Shown here: positions 56,858 to 64,000 of the stretch, in pieces
Position numbering within the stretch: the first letter of the stretch is position 1
Layout of the letters: each line of letters opens with the position of its first letter
Assembly (NCBI GenBank): GCA_963665275.2
Contig: CAXXIN010000013.1
Coordinates: forward strand, 192,001 to 256,000
Length of the DNA stretch: 64,000 bases
Reading direction: 5' to 3'
DNA from: Negativicutes bacterium
GTDB taxonomy: Bacteria; Bacillota; Negativicutes; UBA1444
Notes under the pieces: generated by a model
Told to the model about the DNA's origin: nothing
What the model saw: the letters and a program-made list of their open reading frames with translations, nothing else
Database searches by the model: none
Program-made: the position numbers and the translations under genes

Positions 56858-58328
56858 CTCCTGCCATGGGGAAAATCAACGTGAAGGCGCTGCCCTTGCC
56901 GAGCACCGATTTCACTTCAATTGTTCCACCCCAAATTTCCATAATATGATGGGCCACTGACAAACCGAGGCCCGTCCCTGTCTCCTTGGTCGTGAAGAAC
57001 GGATCGAATAATTTATCCAGATTCTCCGGTGCGATGCCGGATCCGGAGTCGGTGACCGTGACCTGCACCCGCCCGGGGTCAAACCGGGATACGATCCGGA
57101 TCAGACCTTCCTTGGGGATAGCCTGAATCGCGTTGATCAAAAGATTGAGGAAAACCTGTTCGAGTTGTTCTTCGTTGGCACGGACCAGCGGCAACTCCGC
57201 CTCCAATTCCGTAGCAAAGAGGACACGGGAGGATTTGGCCCGCATGTCCACCAGAATCAGCGTGTTTTTCAACACGTCGTTGACGTTGACATCAGCCAGC
57301 TGCGCCAGTGTCGGCCGGGAAAAATATAGCAGTTGCTCGATCAGCTGATTCATACGGTCGACTTCACGGACGATAATATCATTATATTCCTTTTGCTCCT
57401 GCGATGTACTCTCCTCGCCCTGCAACTGCGCAAAACCCCGGATCGCCATGAGGGGATTCCTGATCTCATGCGCCATGCCGGCCGCCATCTCGCCGATCAA
57501 GGATAGCCGGTCAGCGCGTTGCACTTGCTCTTCCAGCTTTTTTTGCAACACCAGAGCCTGCGCCATCTCATTGATTGCATTGGCAATTTCGCCGACCTCG
57601 CCATTAGGCGGCTGCAAACGAAACGACAGATCCCCCCGTATCCGCCGCACGCCGCGATTGATCCCCTCGATATCTTCGACCAGGTGGTCGACCACGAATG
57701 CCACGCCGATGCTGCCGATAACGAGGCAGAGCAGGATGGTCAGGGCAATTTGCCAGCTGATCACGTTAATCTGCGCGATGATATCCGCAGTCAGCTCATT
57801 GGCCCAGACATAGCCGATGACCCTGTCGCCGCGTTTCACCGGATGCATGGCATTCATGATCTGGCCTCGAACCAAGTCGCCCTCCTGCACGCGGGGGATT
57901 CCCGTTTCCATGACGATCCGCCCCTGGTGGCTCGGACTGATGGGTAAACCAACCTTGTCCGCATAAATATCGCTCGGCCCATAGGTGATAATAGCATCCA
58001 GATCGATACTGTAGTATCCCACGCCAATGCCCGGATAAGCATCAGCAACGGCATCGGTGAAATCGGCCAACTCTTCATTGAGGACTGCAACTTTGGCAGC
58101 CTTATCGGCATTTCCCGCACCCTTTCGGCGCAGTATGTCGTCATAGGATCCACTCAGGTGCTGGTCCAGCATGCGGGCGGCGCCAAACAATTTCTGCTGC
58201 TTCTCCGCCACGATGGCATTGATGGAGGTTCGGGCGATCAGATAGCCGGAAAAAATGACCGGAATCCCCGCCACGAGCAATATCAACAAAAACAAACGAT
58301 TTCTCAGGGTCCCCGGCATAATGCGCAA
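56826..58328 (-). CDS. atoS: Sensor histidine kinase, AtoS-like
   Basis: PGIGVGYYS...AIITYGPS periplasmic motif; AHEIRNPL; N/G boxes. Confidence 0.82.
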   Translation of the reverse strand: MRIMPGTLRNRLFLLILLVAGIPVIFSGYLIARTSINAIVAEKQQKLFGAARMLDQHLSGSYDDILRRKGAGNADKAAKVAVLNEELADFTDAVADAYPGIGVGYYSIDLDAIITYGPSDIYADKVGLPISPSHQGRIVMETGIPRVQEGDLVRGQIMNAMHPVKRGDRVIGYVWANELTADIIAQINVISWQIALTILLCLVIGSIGVAFVVDHLVEDIEGINRGVRRIRGDLSFRLQPPNGEVGEIANAINEMAQALVLQKKLEEQVQRADRLSLIGEMAAGMAHEIRNPLMAIRGFAQLQGEESTSQEQKEYNDIIVREVDRMNQLIEQLLYFSRPTLAQLADVNVNDVLKNTLILVDMRAKSSRVLFATELEAELPLVRANEEQLEQVFLNLLINAIQAIPKEGLIRIVSRFDPGRVQVTVTDSGSGIAPENLDKLFDPFFTTKETGTGLGLSVAHHIMEIWGGTIEVKSVLGKGSAFTLIFPMAGGASSGDNNFE

Positions 58329-58536
58329 TATTCTTCCCCACTTTAACCTTGTTTTGTCCTGTTTTAATTATATAGCAAAAACCATACCAATACAGGTGTC
58401 GATTTTTCTATACACCTATCGGGTAGTGAGCAACCGACCAAACTTCCCCGGATCGCCTGCGCCAAATTTTATGCCGCCTGCTATTTCAAGCCTTTTCCGG
58501 CTTATTCATTGTCTCAATTTTCAAATTCACTGCATT

Positions 58537-58553
58537 TTGGCACATTTTATGCA
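58537..58553 (+). promoter_or_regulatory. sigma54 promoter of CoA-transferase/hbd operon
   Basis: TTGGCACATTTTATGCA. Confidence 0.8.
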
Positions 58554-58588
58554 AGTAAATCTAAAAGTAAAATAATATTCTGGAGGAG

Positions 58589-60154
58589 ATGGTGAACTTG
58601 GTCAAAGTAATCACCGCCCAGCAGGCGGCCCAACTCATCAAGAACGGCGACATGGTCGCAACAACAGGCTTCGTGGGGTGTGGACACCCCGAGGCATTGA
58701 CCGATGCACTGGGAAAACGCTTTCAGGAGGAAGGTTCCCCTCGGGCGCTCGGTCTGATTTATTGCGCAGGTCAGGGCGACGGCAAAGATCGCGGATTAAA
58801 CCATCTGGCCCACGAAGGCCTGTTGAAGCGGGTCATCGGCGGCCACTGGAACTTGTCGCCGAAACTGGGCAAACTGGCAGTAGAGAACAAAATTGAGGCC
58901 TACAACTTCCCGCAGGGGACTCTGGCCCAATGGTTCCGAGCCGTCGCAGGCCGCAAACCCGGCGTCATCACCAAAGTTGGCCTCGGCACCTTCGTCGATC
59001 CCCGGATCGAAGGCGGCAAAGTCAACAGCGTAACACACGATGATCTGGTCAAAGTGCTGGATCTCGAAGGGGAAGAATGGCTGTGGTACAAGGCGTTTCC
59101 GGTGAATGTCGCCCTGATCCGCGGTACCAGCTCCGATGAGAACGGCAATATCTCCATCGAACGCGAAGCGATGTCGCTGGAATCATTATCGATGGCGCAG
59201 GCCGCCAAAAGCTCGGGCGGCATTGTCATCGCGCAGGTCGAACGCATCGTCGCCAATGGATCTCTGGCCCCAATGAGCGTGAAAATCCCGGGGATCAGCG
59301 TAGATTATATCGTAGTGGCAAGTCCCGAACAACACATGCAAACCTTCAGCGAACAATACAATCCCGCCTATAGCGGCGAAACCCGGATACCCATGTCCAC
59401 GATCAACACAATGGAAATGAGCGAACGCAAGGTGATCGTGCGCCGGGCAGCGATGGAACTGATCCCTGATGCAAAAGTGAACCTCGGCATCGGTATGCCG
59501 GAGGGCGTGGCGATGATCGCCGCCGAAGAAGGGGTGGGCGATGCCATGACATTGACGGTGGAAAGCGGCCCCATCGGCGGCGTTCCTGCCGGCGGACTCA
59601 GTTTCGGCGCTTCCGCCAATGCACAGGCGATTCTCGATCATCCTAACCAGTTCGATTTTTATGACGGCGGCGGCCTGGATCTCGCCTTTTTGGGGTTGGC
59701 CGAAACCGACATTCATGGCAACATCAACGTCAGCAAATTCAAGGGCCGGGTCGCCGGTTGCGGCGGGTTCATCAACATCACGCAGAACGCCAAGAAAGTC
59801 GTTTTCTGCGGGTCTTTCACCGCAGGCGGACTGAAAGTGGCAGTCGCCGATGGAAAACTAGCCATACTCGAAGAAGGAAAGGCGAAAAAATTTCTCAAAC
59901 AAGTTGAACAGATCACTTTCAGCGGCGAGTATGCGAAAGAAATCCGTCAGCCGGTTCTATACATCACCGAGAGAGCGGTATTCGAACTGCAGCCTGCCGG
60001 AATGGTGCTGACCGAAATCGCGCCGGGTGTGGATCTGGATAAAGACGTTCTGGGCCTCATGGAATTCAAACCCATCATTTCTCCCACGCTGAAATTGATG
60101 GACGAACGGCTCTTTAGGCCTGAACCCATGAAACTGGTCCTGAATAAACAATAA
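58589..60154 (+). CDS. Acyl-CoA:acetate CoA-transferase (Pct/YdiF family)
   Basis: [42 protein letters not shown]. Confidence 0.93.
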   Translation: MVNLVKVITAQQAAQLIKNGDMVATTGFVGCGHPEALTDALGKRFQEEGSPRALGLIYCAGQGDGKDRGLNHLAHEGLLKRVIGGHWNLSPKLGKLAVENKIEAYNFPQGTLAQWFRAVAGRKPGVITKVGLGTFVDPRIEGGKVNSVTHDDLVKVLDLEGEEWLWYKAFPVNVALIRGTSSDENGNISIEREAMSLESLSMAQAAKSSGGIVIAQVERIVANGSLAPMSVKIPGISVDYIVVASPEQHMQTFSEQYNPAYSGETRIPMSTINTMEMSERKVIVRRAAMELIPDAKVNLGIGMPEGVAMIAAEEGVGDAMTLTVESGPIGGVPAGGLSFGASANAQAILDHPNQFDFYDGGGLDLAFLGLAETDIHGNINVSKFKGRVAGCGGFINITQNAKKVVFCGSFTAGGLKVAVADGKLAILEEGKAKKFLKQVEQITFSGEYAKEIRQPVLYITERAVFELQPAGMVLTEIAPGVDLDKDVLGLMEFKPIISPTLKLMDERLFRPEPMKLVLNKQ

Positions 60155-60177
60155 AAAATAAGGGGGAAGAAAATCAC

Positions 60178-61035
60178 ATGGCAATCAAAAAAGTACTCGT
60201 AATCGGGGCCGGTCAGATGGGCAGCGGTATCGCCCAGGTCATGGCGCAAGGCGGCAGGGATGTCGTCATCAGGGATATCAAGGACGAATTCGTCCAGAGA
60301 GGTATCGCCGGAATCAATAAAAACCTGACCAAGTCCGTCGAAAAAGGCAAGCTCTCCGCTGAAGAAAAAGAAGCGATCATGAAGCGGATCTGCGGCGTCG
60401 TGGACCTTGATGCAGCGGCCTGCAACGTGGACCTAGTGGTCGAAGCCGCCGTGGAAAACCTGGTGCTGAAAAAAGAAATCTTCCAGACCCTGGACAGCTT
60501 GTGTCCGGCGCATACGATCCTGGCCTCGAACACGTCTTCCCTACCGATTACGGTGCTGGGCTCGCTGACGAAACGTCCGGCTCAGGTCATCGGCATGCAT
60601 TTCTTCAATCCGGCCCCGGTGATGAAGCTGGTGGAAGTGATCAGCGGCCTGGCTACATCGACGGAAACTTTTGAAGCCGTCAAAGAGCTGGCCGTAGGGC
60701 TGGGCAAATCCCCCGTCAACGTATCGGATGCGCCGGGATTCATCGGCAACCGGATCATGATCCCGATGATCAACGAAGCGATCTTCACGCTGGCCGAAGG
60801 AGTAGGCAGCGCGGCGGACATCGACACGGTGGCCAAGCTGGGCTTCAACCATCCGATGGGACCGCTGGAACTGTCGGATTTGATCGGCAACGACACGATC
60901 CTCTACATCATGGAAGTGCTGTATGACGGATATGGCGATACCAAATACCGTCCCTGTCCGCTGCTGAAAAAGATGGTGCAGGCCGGCTATCTGGGACGCA
61001 AGAGCGGCAAGGGCTTCTACGACTACAACAAATAA
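60178..61035 (+). CDS. hbd: 3-hydroxybutyryl-CoA dehydrogenase
   Basis: [43 protein letters not shown]. Confidence 0.93.
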   Translation: MAIKKVLVIGAGQMGSGIAQVMAQGGRDVVIRDIKDEFVQRGIAGINKNLTKSVEKGKLSAEEKEAIMKRICGVVDLDAAACNVDLVVEAAVENLVLKKEIFQTLDSLCPAHTILASNTSSLPITVLGSLTKRPAQVIGMHFFNPAPVMKLVEVISGLATSTETFEAVKELAVGLGKSPVNVSDAPGFIGNRIMIPMINEAIFTLAEGVGSAADIDTVAKLGFNHPMGPLELSDLIGNDTILYIMEVLYDGYGDTKYRPCPLLKKMVQAGYLGRKSGKGFYDYNK

Positions 61036-61106
61036 ATTCCATGCCAGAGTGTTAAAAAGCCAAGGCAGGCCCGCAAAAGCAGGCCTGCCTTTTGGCAGTA
61101 ATCGAT

Positions 61107-61142
61107 AAAAAAACCGCCTGCATTTTACGCAGGCGGTTTTTT
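61107..61142. terminator. Bidirectional terminator between hbd and atoE
   Basis: AAAAAAACCGCCTGC-ATTTTAC-GCAGGCGGTTTTTT; a second hairpin at about 61057-61093. Confidence 0.85.
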
Positions 61143-61153
61143 AGGTAAACAGA

Positions 61154-62575
61154 CTACTTCATAATGGGCGGTATGTACGGCAGAGTTTCCGCCATCAGCC
61201 ACAGTAGGAACAGCACGACGGGAGTGTGGAAGATTAGCTGCAGCACGGAGAATCCGGCCAGATCGCGCGCTTTCACACCGGTAAGTCCCATGAGGGGCAG
61301 CATCCAGAAAGGATTAACGAAGTTGGGCAACGCTTCGGCCGCATTGTATACCTGAACCATCCAGGCGAGATTGACTTTGAGCTCGTTGGCAGCCTGCATG
61401 ATATAGGGTGCTTCAACGATCCATTTGCCGCCGCCGGAAGGCAGGAACAAGCCAAGAATGGCGGAGTAGGCGCCGACGATCGGAGCCAGGGTGTCTTTGT
61501 TGGAAACATTGACAAAGAAATGTGCCAGTACGTCATTGAGGCCCGATCCCATCATCATGCCGAAAATACCGGCATACAGAGGAAACTGGATCAAAACGCC
61601 GCCAGTGGCAGGGATCGACTTGGCCGCCGCTTTGAGGAACGCCCGCGGGGTCCAGTGCAGCGCCATACCGGCAATCAGGAACATGAAATTGTAAACGTTC
61701 AGGTCCAGCGCGGCCAGGCCGCCTTTGGTGGAGAAAATGAAGTACAGATAACCGATGCCGAGAAGCACCATGATAATTGTAAGGATAGGGCTGAATTCGA
61801 GCCATTCACCAGGAGTTTTCGGTTTTTCGTTTTCGTCGCTGGGGGGGTCCTGCAGGCTGATACCAGCCATTTCAAACGTTTTGGTACGATTGGGACTGGG
61901 ATGAGACATATAGCAGATTGCGCAGGACATGACCACAAGCACGGTGATCATGGCCAGATTTTGCCAGGTAAACAGGGTTTGATCCAGACCGATTGTGCCG
62001 GTGATTTTGTACATGGCAGGCGGAATGGACGCCTTGGTGACCATGAGCAAAGCTGCCGAGGAAGACAGTCCCAATGCCCATACGCTGCCTAGGCCCAGAT
62101 AACCGGCTGCGCTGATGGCGCGAAAATCGACGTTGGGAACGCGACGCGCCACTTCACGCATCAGGAACCCGCCGAAGATCAGGCTGAAGCCCCAGCTGAT
62201 CAAGGATGCCAGCATGGCCATGAAAGCCACATAGGCGACGGCAACTTTCGGCGTTTTTGGCACTTCCGCCAGCCGAATGATGAGTTTTTGCACAGGCTTG
62301 GCCACTGCGACAATATAGCCGCCAATAACAACAAAGGCCATTTGCATGGTGAAGGGGATGAGGGTCCAGAACCCGTTGCCGAAGTCGGTGGCAATTTTCA
62401 ACGGAGTCTTGCCCATGGCCAGCGAGCCGAGGGCAACAATGACAACGGCGATAAGTGCGAAAACGTAGGCGTCAGGGAACCATTTTTCGCTCCAATCGGC
62501 CAGCGCAGCCCCCATTCGGGCCAAAATTCCCTGTTCTTCCTCGTCAGCTAGATTCATCTTTTTCGATTGTTCCAT
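61154..62575 (-). CDS. atoE: Short-chain fatty acid transporter
   Basis: PDAYVFA, FTMQMAFVV..G, GLSSSA, LIQFPLYAGI, PSGGGKW, PFWMLP. Confidence 0.92.
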   Translation of the reverse strand: MEQSKKMNLADEEEQGILARMGAALADWSEKWFPDAYVFALIAVVIVALGSLAMGKTPLKIATDFGNGFWTLIPFTMQMAFVVIGGYIVAVAKPVQKLIIRLAEVPKTPKVAVAYVAFMAMLASLISWGFSLIFGGFLMREVARRVPNVDFRAISAAGYLGLGSVWALGLSSSAALLMVTKASIPPAMYKITGTIGLDQTLFTWQNLAMITVLVVMSCAICYMSHPSPNRTKTFEMAGISLQDPPSDENEKPKTPGEWLEFSPILTIIMVLLGIGYLYFIFSTKGGLAALDLNVYNFMFLIAGMALHWTPRAFLKAAAKSIPATGGVLIQFPLYAGIFGMMMGSGLNDVLAHFFVNVSNKDTLAPIVGAYSAILGLFLPSGGGKWIVEAPYIMQAANELKVNLAWMVQVYNAAEALPNFVNPFWMLPLMGLTGVKARDLAGFSVLQLIFHTPVVLFLLWLMAETLPYIPPIMK

Positions 62576-62699
62576 AAAATGTAACGCTCCTTTCAGACTT
62601 TTAATAAAATGAGAATGATGCCGCTACGATCAATAGTTTGCTTTCCTCCTTTTGATTTTATTTGTTCCGGTCGGAAACCAATGTTTCAAGTATTTATAG

Positions 62700-62716
62700 T
62701 GCATTTTTCGTGCCAA
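62700..62716 (-). promoter_or_regulatory. sigma54 promoter of atoE
   Basis: TTGGCACGAAAAATGCA on minus strand. Confidence 0.8.
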
Positions 62717-62983
62717 GCAGCGCCAAAGGCTGCGTCTCTCCCTAGGAAGCCTGATGCAGAGCATAACGAAAGCCAAATCGCAGTGCGCGGCAGTCAAAAT
62801 CCCCAGCAGTTACTCAAATTATTCGCACAATTTTGCACAGCTGCGCAGCATTTTTCACATCTAGGCCTTTATTGCTGTGGCAAAATGCACATTACCTGAA
62901 AACATTTTTCACTCCCAACGAAAAAACGCCCCCGAAGAACTGCAAGTCCTTCGAGAGCGTTTTGAAATTTGGCAAACGTCTTC

Positions 62984-63724
62984 TTATCCTCTTTGTCGCG
63001 TCAGCTCCCAGAATCGTTGCAGCAGCCGGCCTCCGAATGGATTTTCCTGCACGGAAGATCGGATGGCTGCCACATCGCGCCCCGCCCGCAAGAGCGCCTG
63101 CTCATCCTCGGCGATGCAAGCCTGCTCAATCTCCGCCGTGAACTCCGGGTGAAACTGCACTCCCCACAGGTTGCCGTTCACAACGAAAGCATGATGCGGT
63201 TCGAATTCGTTCCGGGCCAGCAGCATAGCCCCCTGCGGCAGCCGCAGGACCGTCTGGGCATGGGCGACATGGGCCATAAATCGCTGCGGCATCGCACCCA
63301 GCAGCGGATCGCGCCGGCCGGCCGCAGTCAGCTCGATTGCGGCCGTGCCGATCTCAACCCCTTGCGGATGGTAACCAACTTCTCCGCCCAACGCGTATGC
63401 CAGCAACTGGTGCCCGTAGCAGATGCCCAGCACCGGCAGCGAACCGGCTGGAATTCCGCGCAGCCATCCGGCCGTGAATTCGCTCCATTCCGCCCGGTCC
63501 GTGACCATGGCATGCGATCCGGTGATCACAACCCCGCTGATTTCCTCATAAGCCGGCAGCCAGAGCCGCTCGGTCACCGGCGCCACCAGCGTGTCGGTGA
63601 TTCCCGGCAGCTGGTTCAGGATGTATTCGTCAAAATCTCCTATCTGTTCGATAAGCGTGGGCAGCGCCGACCCCGTCTTGATGATCAGCAGCGGCTTTCT
63701 GCCTGATCGTGATGTTTGTTCCAT
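62984..63724 (-). CDS. Class I glutamine amidotransferase
   Basis: ITGSH, LGICYGHQLL, GVQFHPE. Confidence 0.92.
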   Translation of the reverse strand: MEQTSRSGRKPLLIIKTGSALPTLIEQIGDFDEYILNQLPGITDTLVAPVTERLWLPAYEEISGVVITGSHAMVTDRAEWSEFTAGWLRGIPAGSLPVLGICYGHQLLAYALGGEVGYHPQGVEIGTAAIELTAAGRRDPLLGAMPQRFMAHVAHAQTVLRLPQGAMLLARNEFEPHHAFVVNGNLWGVQFHPEFTAEIEQACIAEDEQALLRAGRDVAAIRSSVQENPFGGRLLQRFWELTRQRG

Positions 63725-63819
63725 CAATTTCCCCTCCGAATGAACAAAGCCCAAAAACATCCCTGTTTTTGAGCTCCATTGCTTATTATATAAATTATAT
63801 ACCACGTTTGGCATTTATT

Positions 63820-64000
63820 TCAAGACTCTATTGCCGCGATCCATTCGTCCGTGGGAAGCACTCGGGAGAACCGCATCGCCTGTGTAATGAGGATTGCCTT
63901 GTGCAGCTGGGCCGCAGTGATCGCACCGGCATAGTTGGTGATATCGAGGGTTCCGGTGGCATCGGACAGAAATTCCACCGCGAATCCGAGATGAACCGCC
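63820..64000 (-). CDS. Isochorismatase/cysteine hydrolase family, C-terminal part (partial)
   Basis: Own translation [33 protein letters not shown]...[11 protein letters not shown]. Confidence 0.7.
   Translation of the reverse strand, partial: AVHLGFAVEFLSDATGTLDITNYAGAITAAQLHKAILITQAMRFSRVLPTDEWIAAIES

Noticed and set aside
1-64000. CRISPR arrays, tRNA or rRNA genes
   Set aside because: No regularly spaced repeats or recognisable tRNA/rRNA sequence seen by eye.

Overview
GC-rich anaerobic diderm Firmicute DNA, most likely Negativicutes (Sporomusaceae-like). This is inferred from TolC, LptA, a porin and an inverse autotransporter occurring together with Firmicute-type genes. Most of the window is metabolic or accessory: a TetR-RND efflux operon with an embedded lipase, two sigma54-controlled acyl-CoA clusters (five clear -24/-12 promoters), olsB/olsA-like acyltransferases, an RMD1-CYTH/CHAD-pyruvate kinase operon, glgP, a RelE/RHH TA pair and an inverse autotransporter between ~125-bp direct repeats. 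The most unusual part is 34.7-41.3 kb. It holds a compact phage-like module: XRE repressor / Cro-like switch, DUF4373-like replication initiator, helicase loader, amidase, two strongly structured non-coding elements, then DUF1659-DUF2922-yvrJ. No integrase, capsid, terminase or tail gene is visible. Its yvrJ gene, missed by the ORF track, is interrupted by a complete group II intron whose other flank is an unrelated BRO-family gene fragment. All family assignments were made by eye from motifs; no searches were run.
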